Counted from the stretch's first letter, positions 13,560 through 24,444 are shown. The stretch is 64,000 nt of DNA from Aulosira sp. ZfuVER01 (GCA_034530615.2 JAVRCV020000049.1:96001-160000); one strand, 5' to 3'. Notes: a model not told the origin generated them from the letters alone. Numbers and translations are program-made.

Positions 13560-13937
13560 TCAACGTTATGATTTGAAACAATGGATTTATGATTTGAAAC
13601 AATCGGTTACACACTTTAGTGTCGATATCAAAGGTATTTGTTGCTCGATTTTCCGTTAGGAGATGCGATCGCCTGTTGAAACTAAATACCCAATATGTAT
13701 ATAAAAACACGCCTATTATAGGGGTTTAGCAGTGCTAAACCCTCCATAGTGCGGATCTATCTACTATAAAAGGCTGCGGAAATTCCTGGGATTATCCGTC
13801 ACCAATTTTAAAAACACTCTACTGCCATAATTTTTCACCTTGGCAAGTGACTCTTGAAAAATTAGCCCAGGACTGATATCAATTCAAACAATGTTGGCGA
13901 CAGATAAATCATTCGTGAGAGGAGGGCACAGCAGTGC

Positions 13938-14181
13938 TCATTGGTGCCCACTTAACGTGAAAGGCTTTGTTGCTCAAGATATTCGATCCCCCTAAATCCA
14001 CGCCACTTGCTACAAGTCGGGAAACCCGCCCAACGCAGTGGCTCCCCTTAATAAGGGGGACTTTGATTCTTTTCCCCCCTTTTTTAAGGGGGGTTAGGGG
14101 GGATCGAAAGTTTACGGTGCAAACAAAGAGAACCCCAAAGACTTACGCTGTATGCATCTAAGTTTAAGTTGACACCAATGA
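13938..14181. mobile_element. MITE with 18-bp TIRs and 7-bp target duplication, inserted into a REP-like palindrome and carrying nested repeats
   Basis: tcattggtgcccacttaa / ttaagttgacaccaatga flanked by direct repeats gcagtgc (13931-13937, 14182-14188). Confidence 0.75.
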
Positions 14182-14233
14182 GCAGTGCTGTGCCCCTACG
14201 AGGATATGCAATCTAATTGCCTAAAAACTGCTG

Positions 14234-14443
14234 TTAACTCACTTGTGACCAAGCAGTTCAGGTTTCTTAGCAACGTTACCTCATCCATAGAGAACCTTAA
14301 CTCATTCATAACCAAAGAGTTAAGGTTGCTTATGAACGTTACCTCATTCATAGAGAACCTTAACTCATTCATAACCAAAGAGTTAAGGTTGTTTATAAAC
14401 GCTACCTCATTCATAACTAAGGAGTTAAGGTTGCTTATTAATG
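14234..14443. repeat. Tandem array of ten 21-bp subunits with a 63-bp higher-order period and internal hairpins
   Basis: Units ttaactcattcataaccaaag / agttaaggttgcttatgaacg / ttacctcattcatagagaacc repeated; aaccttaactc-N13-gagttaaggtt inverted repeat. Confidence 0.92.
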
Positions 14444-14633
14444 ATTGAAAATTGCGCACCACTTGCTACAAGTTGAGAAACAGCAAGAGCAGATTGCTAT
14501 AGATTAAGCATAATTACAGACTTACATCACAAAATTTGCTTAAAAAAAGCTAAATATTGGTAGTTTTCCCTGAACCAGAATGCAGCTTCTTTGAGACAAG
14601 ATGACACTACAACACTTTATTTAGAGTACATCT

Positions 14634-15017
14634 ATGCCTCGCCCAAAACGTTTATCTCATATTCTAGAAAAAGCTCAAAAGCGAGCCTCTGGAATGCAAG
14701 CTATCGATCCAAATCTAGATTTTGGCAATTCTAACAGCTTGCAAAATATGCTGCAACAAATTGAGGAATTACGTACTCAACTTAATGCTTATCATACTGC
14801 TTTAGCTGTGGTTAATGCTTCAAGAATTGAGATTGAACAGCTAGAAAAGAGCTTAAGCGTTTTGTGTGAAAATATGCTGATGTCAGTTGCGGGTAAATAT
14901 GGAAAAGACAGTTCAGAATATGTCATGGCTGGTGGTATGCGAAAAAGCGAACGCATTCACAAAGGCACTATTAACAGGTTAAAAGGTTTTGCAGAAAAAC
15001 CAAGAATTGACGGTTGA
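14634..15017 (+). CDS. Uncharacterised 127-aa helical/coiled-coil protein
   Basis: Clean ORF with basic N-terminus, IDPNLDFG, heptad-like middle and KYGKDSSEYVMAGGMRKSER; resembles a cyanobacterial conserved hypothetical family (from recall). Confidence 0.75.
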   Translation: MPRPKRLSHILEKAQKRASGMQAIDPNLDFGNSNSLQNMLQQIEELRTQLNAYHTALAVVNASRIEIEQLEKSLSVLCENMLMSVAGKYGKDSSEYVMAGGMRKSERIHKGTINRLKGFAEKPRIDG

Positions 15018-15144
15018 CGGTTGACTGTGGAATTTTGAATTGTGATTACGTAAGGCTTTGGAGAAATTTATCAAAACAATTGACAGCGATCGCGATCGCA
15101 CTGCTTGTAAACTTGTTTGGTAAAGAGCAGTTTTCCCGCCTCTA

Positions 15145-16482
15145 TTAACACCAAATCTGGATAACGCGACCTTGCAATTGTTGCCCTAACCAAGGTGTAT
15201 TACTAGAAAGGGTATGCAGATTTTTACTTTCAACTTTCCAGTTTTGCTGTGGATCGAATAACGTTAATTCGGCTTTTTGATTAGATGCGATCGCATTTAG
15301 TTTCTCTCTCAAACACTCTGCTGGACGGCTACTTAAAGCACGCCATAATTCCAAAGCTGTAAATTCTCCAGTTTCGACAAGATGTTGCCATAACAAAGGT
15401 AATGCCAACTCTAAGCCAATTGCGCCTGGTGGTGCTTCCGCAAAAGCTTGGACTTTTTCTTCGTAGGTGTAGGGTGCATGATCGATAGCGATCGCATCAA
15501 TTATTCCTGTACGTACCCCCTCCCGTAACGCCGCCATATCGTGGGGATTACCTAAGGGTGGATCTAAATGCAAGCTGGTGTGATAACTCTTAACTGATTT
15601 GGTGTCTAATAACAGATGCATCCAGGTTGTACTAGCGGTTATTGGCAAACCAGCCGCCTTAGCTGAAGCTATTAATTCTACACTGCGGGCAGTAGAAACC
15701 CGCATAATATGCACGTGGGAATTACCTGTAGCGGCTACTAATTCTAATAGAGATGCGATCGCAGCTGTTTCTGCACTCTCTGGTATCGGTGGTAATCCTA
15801 AACGTAAGGCATCTGAACCTTCTCGCATCACTCCATTGGCTGCTAATTGCTGGTCACAAGCCCAAAAAGCTACTGGTTTATCCAAAGGTAGCAGATATTC
15901 TAACACCCGCCTGACCAACCCCAAGTTTTCTCTCGGTTGCCCATCCGTAAACCCAACAACTCCCGCCGCTGCTAAATCGGCTAATTCTGTTAATTGCTTT
16001 CCCGCAAGATCCAGGGTAATTGCACCCCAGATTTGCAGATGAGGGAGAGAAGAAGACTCGGCGACTGAGAGACGGGGAGACGCGGAGAAATTGCTCAGAA
16101 CGTCCCCGCGTCCCCGCGTCTCCTTGTCCCCTTCTCTCATCATCTTCTGCAACTGTGCCACAAGCGCGGGATTATCAATCGCTGGAGATGTACTCGGCAA
16201 GATACTCACTCTGGTAAAGCCGCCCGCCGCAGCCGCTTGCAACAGAGATGAGAGAGTTTCGCGCTCTTCAAACCCTGGTTCACCAGAGTGGCTGTACAAA
16301 TCCACTAACCCCGGCCCAAGAACTAACCCCCGACAATCTCTGATTTGAGTTTCAGAAGTGATATCGCTAATGTGTGCGGCGATAGCTTGGATATAACCAT
16401 CAGCAATTAGCACATCCGCTAGTTGGTCGGTTCCAGAAACCGGGTCAATTACCCGTACTTGTTGTAGCAATTCAGTTGTCAT
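15145..16482 (-). CDS. pyrC: Dihydroorotase (long, cyanobacterial type)
   Basis: GLVDLYSHSGEPG, AAAGGFT, LDPPLG, IDAIAIDHAP, APPGAIGLE, NTPWLG. Confidence 0.85.
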   Translation of the reverse strand: MTTELLQQVRVIDPVSGTDQLADVLIADGYIQAIAAHISDITSETQIRDCRGLVLGPGLVDLYSHSGEPGFEERETLSSLLQAAAAGGFTRVSILPSTSPAIDNPALVAQLQKMMREGDKETRGRGDVLSNFSASPRLSVAESSSLPHLQIWGAITLDLAGKQLTELADLAAAGVVGFTDGQPRENLGLVRRVLEYLLPLDKPVAFWACDQQLAANGVMREGSDALRLGLPPIPESAETAAIASLLELVAATGNSHVHIMRVSTARSVELIASAKAAGLPITASTTWMHLLLDTKSVKSYHTSLHLDPPLGNPHDMAALREGVRTGIIDAIAIDHAPYTYEEKVQAFAEAPPGAIGLELALPLLWQHLVETGEFTALELWRALSSRPAECLREKLNAIASNQKAELTLFDPQQNWKVESKNLHTLSSNTPWLGQQLQGRVIQIWC

Positions 16483-16566
16483 GTGAGCTATCAGCTATTA
16501 CCTATCAGTGCTTAAACTGTTTGTCTTTTGTGATTTAACTTTTGACCGACAGCTTAACACTGACCG

Positions 16567-17919
16567 CTACAATGCTCCAGCTGCGGTTTTATCCAATACG
16601 CCTTGGCCTAAGTGAGTTGTAATGTTCATTGCTTGCAGCACTGGTAAACCATCTAGGCCAAATGGGTAATCAATGACGCTAACTGCGCCATTACCCTGGC
16701 GGAAATTCCAGAAATTTTCTGATGGTAAACCGAGAATATGGCATAGCAAAGTTTTGTTAGTAGCGTCGTGAGCCACTACTAATCCTGTTGTGAGTTGATT
16801 TTCTGATGCGGCTTGCACAATTGATTGCCAAGCTGCAACGCTACGTTCCCACACTTGCTGCAAATTTTCCCCTTCGGGCATTTGGACTGCGGCTGGTGTG
16901 AGTCGCCAGCGTTCCAATTCGCCAGGAAACTCTTGCTCGATTTCTGCTTCTAATTTTCCTTCCCAAAGTCCGTGGCTGATTTCCCTTAAACCATCTTGTA
17001 ATTCCAACTTTACACTAGGATGGTGCTGCAAAATAATCTCTGCTGTTTCTTTAGGACGCGCCATTGAGCTACTTATGGCAAAGTCAATTGCCACATCTTT
17101 GAGAAATTCGCCAGCTTTTTGCGCCTGGTTTCTGCCGTTGTCGTTCAGCGGAACGTCAATTTGCCCTTGAAACCTAGTTTGGCGATTCCATTCTGTTTCT
17201 CCATGACGTACCAGCAACAATCTTACTCCTTGGTGTTCTGGTCGCAATGAAGGCAGGGTTTCTCCTGTATGTTGGGTTTGATTCAACGATTCTAGTTGGA
17301 CTGGATCTCCCAAACCCCCAGCAAAATTTAAAACACTGATGCCACAGTTAGATTGTTGTATGGAATGGTAGCGGCTGGGAGGAATACCTAGCGCTGTGCT
17401 AATCAGGGCGCGATTAATACCGTTATGCCCCACTATCAAAATAGTTTCACCTTGATGATGCGGCAAAGTTTCTTGCCAAAACTCTCGCGCCTGTTTGTAC
17501 AAAGCTAGAACAGGAAAATGTTCTCTACTCCCCTCGGCATCATTGAGCAGCATCCGCAACTCGTGGGGGCTTTCTTTCCAGATACGGTAGTCTTCAGCAA
17601 ACTTCTGCTTGACATCAGCAGTCAACATTTCTGCCCACAAAGGCAAGTCTATTTCCAGCAGCTTATCAGAGGTTTGGACAACGGCAGATGTTGCCGTAGA
17701 AGTCGCCAGATCGCTATGGATAATCTCTGCTGTTTGTTTCGCGCGCTGTAAGGGGCTGCTGTAAATCGCGTTAAATAAAATATTGCTGAGGGCTTTACCT
17801 ACTTTAGTAGCATCGTTCTGACCTTTTTCTGTTAATCTTGACACATCAGTGCGCCCTTGGATGCGCTTTTCAGTGTTATAGCTGCTTTGACCGTGGCGTA
17901 CAATGATGACACGAGTCAT
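16567..17919 (-). CDS. Histidine phosphatase (phosphoglycerate mutase family), two tandem domains
   Basis: Two RHG motifs (VRHGQSSYN, VRHGETEWN), each with a downstream His (VGHNG, VAHDA). Confidence 0.9.
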   Translation of the reverse strand: MTRVIIVRHGQSSYNTEKRIQGRTDVSRLTEKGQNDATKVGKALSNILFNAIYSSPLQRAKQTAEIIHSDLATSTATSAVVQTSDKLLEIDLPLWAEMLTADVKQKFAEDYRIWKESPHELRMLLNDAEGSREHFPVLALYKQAREFWQETLPHHQGETILIVGHNGINRALISTALGIPPSRYHSIQQSNCGISVLNFAGGLGDPVQLESLNQTQHTGETLPSLRPEHQGVRLLLVRHGETEWNRQTRFQGQIDVPLNDNGRNQAQKAGEFLKDVAIDFAISSSMARPKETAEIILQHHPSVKLELQDGLREISHGLWEGKLEAEIEQEFPGELERWRLTPAAVQMPEGENLQQVWERSVAAWQSIVQAASENQLTTGLVVAHDATNKTLLCHILGLPSENFWNFRQGNGAVSVIDYPFGLDGLPVLQAMNITTHLGQGVLDKTAAGAL

Positions 17920-18307
17920 CGGACTTGCCCTCCTCTATCTAAAGGACTAATTTTACTGCAAACTGCGTTGGCAGAATTATCAATTACAGCGATATCAATG
18001 TATAGTGTTTTGGTTAAAGTATAAAAATTAGCTTTTATTATAGTAGTGTGCGCTCTGATGTTATCTAGAGGCGAACGGCAAACGCAGCGTCAGAATTCCA
18101 CAATCTCGCAGAAAGTTGGCTTTGGAAAAACTACAACTGAATTATGATAAACTACGGTAAAACGATGCGTTTAACGTCTATTTTAGATATGCCACTGCCA
18201 ATTATGTAATTTTGAGACAATAATTGTCAGAGTGGTGCTGCGATCGCGGGATCTTTGCGTTGTGTCAGATAAATGGTCAAATTCTGATAATTTGAGGAAT
18301 TAAAGTC

Positions 18308-18907
18308 ATGGCTTTATCTCCAAGTGTTGACTCGACAGTGAGCTATATCTGCATTCGCATTCCTCTGCAATATCATGCCCAACCAGTTATTTCACAGTTA
18401 ATTTCTCGCTATGGCTTAACAGTTAATATTACCGCCGCTCTTTTAGAAAAAGATACTCAAGACGACGGTTGGTTTAACTTGGAAATCTACGGTAATTCTC
18501 AACAGCTAGAAGCTGGACTTGGCTATCTACAATCGCTAAATATAGATATTGAGCAGATATTCATCGCAGAAGATAGAGAACCGCTAAAGCCATTATGTGC
18601 TAATAGCAATTGTTATGGACAAGTACAGCCAAATCAGCAGAGCCAAAGCTGTACAGAAGCAATCGATTTAACTAATCAGAAAAATCGAGCGAAGTTTCAA
18701 ATCTGCATTCCCCAAAATTACCGTTCTTCTCCGGTAATTGCCGGATTGGTTGCTTGTTATGGTTTAACGGTGAACATTACTAGGGCTGATATGGATATAG
18801 ATAGCGAACAAGAGGGGAGGTTTGATTTAGAAATTTGGGGAAGCACACAACAAATTATTTTTGGCTTGAAGTATCTCAAAGAACTAGGCTTACAAATTTG
18901 GTTGTAA
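18308..18907 (+). CDS. Tandem NIL-domain (ACT-like) protein
   Basis: Two internal repeats: PVISQLISRYGLTVNITAALL...GWFNLEIYG and PVIAGLVACYGLTVNITRADM...GRFDLEIWG. Confidence 0.75.
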   Translation: MALSPSVDSTVSYICIRIPLQYHAQPVISQLISRYGLTVNITAALLEKDTQDDGWFNLEIYGNSQQLEAGLGYLQSLNIDIEQIFIAEDREPLKPLCANSNCYGQVQPNQQSQSCTEAIDLTNQKNRAKFQICIPQNYRSSPVIAGLVACYGLTVNITRADMDIDSEQEGRFDLEIWGSTQQIIFGLKYLKELGLQIWL

Positions 18908-19021
18908 AACGATACAAAAATTTTATTAAGTTGTGAAATGTTTCTTGAAGGCTCTCATTGAGAACTGCTATATCAAAAATAGCGCTTGTAAATTATACAT
19001 AGCCTTTAGAGGTATTTAACT

Positions 19022-20374
19022 ATGACTCATGCTTGTTGTGGCCCTGGTTACGCTTCTCTAGAAGCAGCGATTCAAGCAGAACGGGAAAAATTACTTTATG
19101 CGATCGCTCTTTATACTGGTACTGGGATAGAACAGCCTGATTATCTTGCCACCATAGATGTTGACCCCAATTCTCCAACTTATTCCCAAATCATTCATCG
19201 CTTATCTATGCCTTACACAGGCGATGAATTACATCATTTTGGCTGGAATGCCTGTAGCTCTTGTCACGATAATCCCAATAAATCTCGTCAATTCACTGTA
19301 ATCCCAGGACTACGCTCTAGCAGGATTTATATTGTTGATACAGCAGACACCAAAGCACCAAAACTGCACAAAGTTATTGAACCTGAAGAAATTAAACAAA
19401 AAACAAACTTAACAGCTCCCCATACAGTACATTGCCTAGCAGATGGTCATGTGATGATTTCCATGCTAGGTGACAGTGAGGGAAATGGCCCTGGCGGTTT
19501 TTTATTACTAGATGAAAATTTTGACATTGCTGGGCGTTGGGAACACAAGGCCGATAGCATGAGGTTTAACTATGACTTCTGGTATCAGCCGCGTCACAAC
19601 GTCATGGTAAGTAGCGAGTGGGGCGCACCCAAAACCTTTTATCCTGGTTTTGATCTCAACGATGTCAGCGCTGGTAACTATGGTCAGCATATACATTTCT
19701 GGGATTGGTCAAAACACGAAATTATTCAAAGTTTTGATTTAGGACAAGAAGGGTTAATTCCTTTAGAAGTGCGCTTTCACCATAATCCTGATAGCACTCA
19801 TGGGTTTGTCGCCGCCGCACTTAGCAGCAACGTTTGGCATTGGCACAAGCCTAACGGTGATTGGCAAGTAGAGAAAGTGATTGATATTCCATCGGTGGAA
19901 GTAGAAGGCTGGCCTATCCCAGTGCCATCCCTGATCACTGATATCTTATTATCAATGGACGATCGCTATGTTTACTTTTCCAACTGGCTGCATGGAGATA
20001 TTCGCCAGTATGATATCAGCGATCCTTCCCATCCCAAACTCACCGGACAAGTTTGGTGTGGTGGTTTGTTAGGTAAAAGTGGCGAAGTTCAAGGGCATAA
20101 ATTAGCTGGCGGCCCCCAAATGCTACAGTTGAGCCTTGATGGTAAGCGGCTTTACGTAACTAATTCTTTATTCAGCAGTTGGGATAATCAGTTTTATCCT
20201 GACTTTTCTCAGAGTGGCTCATATTTATTGCAAATTGACTGCGATACAGAAAACGGCGGACTAAAAATCAACGAAGATTTCTACGTTGACTTTGGTAAAG
20301 AACCCGCCGGGCCTGCTCGCGCTCATGAGATGCGCTATCCTGGCGGTGATTGCACCTCTGATATTTGGGTGTAA
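19022..20374 (+). CDS. Selenium-binding protein SBP56 family (methanethiol oxidase-like)
   Basis: [67 protein letters not shown]. Confidence 0.93.
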   Translation: MTHACCGPGYASLEAAIQAEREKLLYAIALYTGTGIEQPDYLATIDVDPNSPTYSQIIHRLSMPYTGDELHHFGWNACSSCHDNPNKSRQFTVIPGLRSSRIYIVDTADTKAPKLHKVIEPEEIKQKTNLTAPHTVHCLADGHVMISMLGDSEGNGPGGFLLLDENFDIAGRWEHKADSMRFNYDFWYQPRHNVMVSSEWGAPKTFYPGFDLNDVSAGNYGQHIHFWDWSKHEIIQSFDLGQEGLIPLEVRFHHNPDSTHGFVAAALSSNVWHWHKPNGDWQVEKVIDIPSVEVEGWPIPVPSLITDILLSMDDRYVYFSNWLHGDIRQYDISDPSHPKLTGQVWCGGLLGKSGEVQGHKLAGGPQMLQLSLDGKRLYVTNSLFSSWDNQFYPDFSQSGSYLLQIDCDTENGGLKINEDFYVDFGKEPAGPARAHEMRYPGGDCTSDIWV

Positions 20375-20469
20375 TCTCAAGTCTATTTAGCGAAAAATAC
20401 TGCCTTGCTGTGGGAAGGGGTGTTAAAACTGAAACAAGTATCTCCGTTTAGCACCCTACAGCTTAAATT

Positions 20470-20970
20470 ATGTTCATTTACAACCATAATCTAGTAATTG
20501 CTAAAACCACTACGAATTATCAAATTTCTCAGCATATTAAACAAGCCAGAAAAATAACTATTGACGAGCTAGGGCTTGGTGGTATCAAACTCTCGATGAC
20601 AGAGGCACAAGTCAAAAAGATTTTAGGTAAACCGATAAAAGTAGAAAATGGTTTTATACCTGCGATTGGTAAAGTTCGCACTCTTAAATATGCAGACATT
20701 ACCGTTGATTTAGATGAAGGTGCTAAACTAGGAAACTTTACTGTTTATCAAATAAAAACCAACGATTCTAAATATTCCACCATCAATGGTATCAAAGTAG
20801 GAGATAGACAATCAAAAGTATTTAGCACCTACGGAAAAGTTGAACCATCCCAAGATGGGAAAGTGATAAATTTACATTACGGAGTTGAATAACCTAGCCC
20901 TGCTGGGTTTATGTTTACTGTTAAAAATGGCAAAGTCATACAAATTCTCTGCTTTTATGTAATGAATTAA
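20470..20970 (+). pseudogene. Hypothetical protein with a probable premature in-frame stop
   Basis: After TAA at 20890-20892 the frame continues PSPAGFMFTVKNGKVIQILCFYVMN* to 20970. Confidence 0.5.
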
Positions 20971-20993
20971 GCAATTTATTCACAATAATATAA

Positions 20994-22094
20994 ATGCAAT
21001 TACAACCCTTTCAGTTTATCTGGAAAAATCGCCCGACTCAGGGTAACTCTCCTCACCCTAGATACGGACATTCGGCAATTGTGTATCAAAACTCTATAAT
21101 CATTTTTGGTGGAGAAAATAACGAAACTGGAGAAACTTTCAACGATATTCACTTGCTCGATCTGGAAACTTGGACTTGGATGCAACCGCAAGTATGGGGA
21201 GATATTCCTACAAGCAGAAGCTTTCATACTGCTGTTTTAGCTGAAGATAAAATGCTTATCTGGGGAGGCTATCAAGAAGCAAAAGATGGCGGATATATTT
21301 TTAGCGATATTGATGTTCATATCCTCAATCTTCAAACTTGGCAATGGTCGCACGTCACTCCGAATGGAACACCACCCACAGCGCGTTCTCATCATAGTGC
21401 AGCTTTAGTTAAAGATAAATTATTCATTGATGGCGGCTCTTATGATATCTACACAGCATATAACGATCTTCACCTACTCGATCTCACAAAGATGTGCTGG
21501 ATAAATATCCAAGTTGATAACTGTTCTAGCTCTGCGTTAGCTGGATTAAAAGTTCATGGTAATACATTAGTTAAGTTTTTGGGAGATGCTGCTTACGGCG
21601 GATTCTGCCAAGATATTTTAACTTTAGAACTAGGCAATTTGAATTCCGAAAATCTATTGCAATTGCAGTGGCAGAAAGCCAAATTTGTAGGAATAGATGA
21701 TTATAAATATAAAATTCTATTGCCGAATAGCGATGAAGAAGAGGAGAATGAAGAATATGATGAGGAAGAAGGAATTCCCTGTCGAACTATTCATGGCTAT
21801 GGAGAATTTGGATACAACCTAATTTTATTTGCAGGGATGGCTCCAGGTAATGGTGTTAGCCATGTGACCATTGGTGATTTAATTCTACTAAATATGCCGG
21901 CTGTCGAAGAAGCCACTAGTGGAACTTATACTGCAATGGTTCCACTGGTAGGAGGAAAATTTCCTGCTCCTAGATTTGGTCATTCCACTATACAGTTTGC
22001 TCGGCAAACGATCGTTTATGGCGGTTTGTGGATTGACACTTATGCAGGCAATCATAGCTATGATAATGACGTATATATTCTTGAGATTTTATAG
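20994..22094 (+). CDS. Kelch-repeat beta-propeller protein
   Basis: Repeats PRYGHSA..IIFGG, SRSFHTA..LIWGG, ARSHHSA..FIDGG, PRFGHS..IVYGG. Confidence 0.85.
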   Translation: MQLQPFQFIWKNRPTQGNSPHPRYGHSAIVYQNSIIIFGGENNETGETFNDIHLLDLETWTWMQPQVWGDIPTSRSFHTAVLAEDKMLIWGGYQEAKDGGYIFSDIDVHILNLQTWQWSHVTPNGTPPTARSHHSAALVKDKLFIDGGSYDIYTAYNDLHLLDLTKMCWINIQVDNCSSSALAGLKVHGNTLVKFLGDAAYGGFCQDILTLELGNLNSENLLQLQWQKAKFVGIDDYKYKILLPNSDEEEENEEYDEEEGIPCRTIHGYGEFGYNLILFAGMAPGNGVSHVTIGDLILLNMPAVEEATSGTYTAMVPLVGGKFPAPRFGHSTIQFARQTIVYGGLWIDTYAGNHSYDNDVYILEIL

Positions 22095-22120
22095 TTTCAT
22101 GCGCGCCTCTGCATAAATTT

Positions 22121-22146
22121 AAAGGGTGGGCATAGTCCCACCCTTT
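22121..22146. terminator. Bidirectional intrinsic terminator-like hairpin
   Basis: aaagggtggg-catagt-cccacccttt between the convergent Kelch gene and glgB. Confidence 0.7.
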
Positions 22147-22149
22147 TGA

Positions 22150-24444
22150 CTAAGATTGCAGCGCTAGTGCTGTCTTTTTCTTATCCAACTTGAGAATTAA
22201 AACTCCCAAAGGTGGTATACATAAATCCAGGGAATAGGGACGATTGTGTAAAGACCAATCATCAGTCCACTTACCGCCCAAGTTACCCATGTTGCTGCCA
22301 CCATACTGACGAGCATCACTATTAAACAACTCGGTATAAAAACCCTTTTCGGGTACTCCTATGCGGTAATGGGAATGAGGTTGAGGTGTGAAGTTGCAAA
22401 CCACAACGACAAAATTCTCTGAATCCTTTTCACGGCGAACAAAGGAAACCACGCTATGACGGTTATCGCTACAATCAATCCACTCAAATCCTGGTTCAGC
22501 AAAATCTTGGGTGTACAAAGCTGGTTCGGAGCGGTAGAGATGGTTCAGTTCTTGGAAAAACTGCTTCAGTTGTTGATGTGGCTCAAACTGCAATAAATGC
22601 CACTCCAAATCACTCCAGACATTCCACTCACTCCACTGGCCAAACTCCATGCTCATAAACATGGTTTTCTTGCCTGGGTGAGCGAACATATAGCTAAACA
22701 AACAACGCACATTCGCTAACTTCTGCCATGTATCCCCTGGCATTTTGCCAATCATATTGCTCTTGCCATGCACGACTTCATCGTGAGACAGAGCCAGCAT
22801 AAAGTTTTCGCTGTGGTTGTACCACATACTAAAGGTGATGTTGTTTTGGTGGAATTGACGGAACCAAGGGTCCATGCTGAAGTAGTCCAGCATATCGTGC
22901 ATCCAGCCCATATTCCACTTTAAGTTGAAGCCCAGACCACCTGTATAAGTAGGCCAAGATACCATCGGCCAAGAAGTGGATTCTTCAGCAATGGAAAGCG
23001 CGCCTGGGAAATAGCTGAAAATCAGATAATTTACCTGACGCAAAAAATCTGCTGCTTCCAAGTTTTCTCTGCCGCCGTACTGGTTGGGTAGCCATTCTCC
23101 AGGTTTCCGGCAATAGTCAAGGTAAAGCATGGAAGCCACAGCATCGACGCGAATGCCGTCAATGTGGTACTTGTCAAACCAAAACAGCGCATTTGCAGCT
23201 AGGAAGTTCCGGACTTCGTGGCGCGCATAGTTGAATACCAGAGTTCCCCATTCTTTGTGTTCGCCTTTGCGGGAATCTGCGTGTTCGTACAGGTGACTAC
23301 CATCGAAGAAGGCTAAACCATGACCATCTTTAGGGAAATGACCGGGAACCCAATCTACAATAACGCCAATGCCATTTTGGTGACATTGGTCAACAAAATA
23401 CATAAAATCTTGGGCGCTACCAAAACGGGAGGTAGGGGCAAAGTAGCCAGTTACTTGATAACCCCAAGACCCATCAAAGGGATGTTCCGCAATAGGTAAC
23501 AGTTCTACATGGGTGTAACCCAAGTCTTTGACGTAAGGGATCAGTCTGTCTGCCAATTCCCGGTAAGTGAGGAAGCGTGCGCCGGGTTTCAGTTCAGAAA
23601 CAATCACTACAGGTTCAGTTTCCCCATTCGGAAGTGTAGGTGGTTCGGCACTAGAAGCGTGTAACCAAGAACCTAAATGCACTTCATAGACTGAAACTGG
23701 CTGAGTTAAAGGATCGGTGTGTCGCCGTTTTTCTAACCAGTCTTGATCACTCCAAGTGTATGCACTTAAATCAGTAACAATTGATGCTGTTTTGGGGCGT
23801 GGTTCTTGTTGGAAACCGTAGGGATCGGATTTTTCGTAAATATGGCCTTCAAAATTTTTGATTTCATATTTATAATGCTCTCCCACTCCCAATTCCGGAA
23901 TAAATAATTCCCAAACGCCGGTAGGGCCCTTACGCATCTGGTGTTGGCGTCCATCCCAGTGATTGAAATCTCCCAACACAGAAACGTTACGAGCATTGGG
24001 TGCCCAAACAGCAAAGTAAACGCCTTGAATGCCATCTACCTCTGTCAGGTGCGCTCCCAGTTTTTCGTAAATCCGATGGTGGTTCCCCTCACCAAACAAA
24101 TGCAAGTCGAAGTCTGTCAGACGTGGAGAACGAAAGGCATAAGGATCGTAAGTGACACGCTCGCGATCGCCTTCTTTAATCCTTAACTGGTAGTTTGCCA
24201 GTTCTGCTGTTTCAATCGTGCATTCAAAAAAGTTGGGATGATGCACTGTTTGCATCGGATATTCTTTACGTTCTTGAGGAATCACTACCCACGCAGCACT
24301 GGCTTTTGGTAGGTAGGCTCGCACAGCCCAGACATTTTTGCCATTCTGTTCTATGAGATGAGAACCCAGTATTTCAAAGGGATCTTGATGTTGATTCCAA
24401 ACGATGCTGTTAACCTGTTCAGGGGCGATCGTGGTCATGGACAT
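22150..24444 (-). CDS. glgB: 1,4-alpha-glucan branching enzyme
   Basis: [55 protein letters not shown]. Confidence 0.97.
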   Translation of the reverse strand: MSMTTIAPEQVNSIVWNQHQDPFEILGSHLIEQNGKNVWAVRAYLPKASAAWVVIPQERKEYPMQTVHHPNFFECTIETAELANYQLRIKEGDRERVTYDPYAFRSPRLTDFDLHLFGEGNHHRIYEKLGAHLTEVDGIQGVYFAVWAPNARNVSVLGDFNHWDGRQHQMRKGPTGVWELFIPELGVGEHYKYEIKNFEGHIYEKSDPYGFQQEPRPKTASIVTDLSAYTWSDQDWLEKRRHTDPLTQPVSVYEVHLGSWLHASSAEPPTLPNGETEPVVIVSELKPGARFLTYRELADRLIPYVKDLGYTHVELLPIAEHPFDGSWGYQVTGYFAPTSRFGSAQDFMYFVDQCHQNGIGVIVDWVPGHFPKDGHGLAFFDGSHLYEHADSRKGEHKEWGTLVFNYARHEVRNFLAANALFWFDKYHIDGIRVDAVASMLYLDYCRKPGEWLPNQYGGRENLEAADFLRQVNYLIFSYFPGALSIAEESTSWPMVSWPTYTGGLGFNLKWNMGWMHDMLDYFSMDPWFRQFHQNNITFSMWYNHSENFMLALSHDEVVHGKSNMIGKMPGDTWQKLANVRCLFSYMFAHPGKKTMFMSMEFGQWSEWNVWSDLEWHLLQFEPHQQLKQFFQELNHLYRSEPALYTQDFAEPGFEWIDCSDNRHSVVSFVRREKDSENFVVVVCNFTPQPHSHYRIGVPEKGFYTELFNSDARQYGGSNMGNLGGKWTDDWSLHNRPYSLDLCIPPLGVLILKLDKKKTALALQS

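Noticed and set aside
13967..14161. 64-aa ORF
   Set aside because: Lies wholly within nested non-coding repeats.
14234..14443. CRISPR array
   Set aside because: Contiguous tandem subunits without unique spacers; no cas genes in the window.
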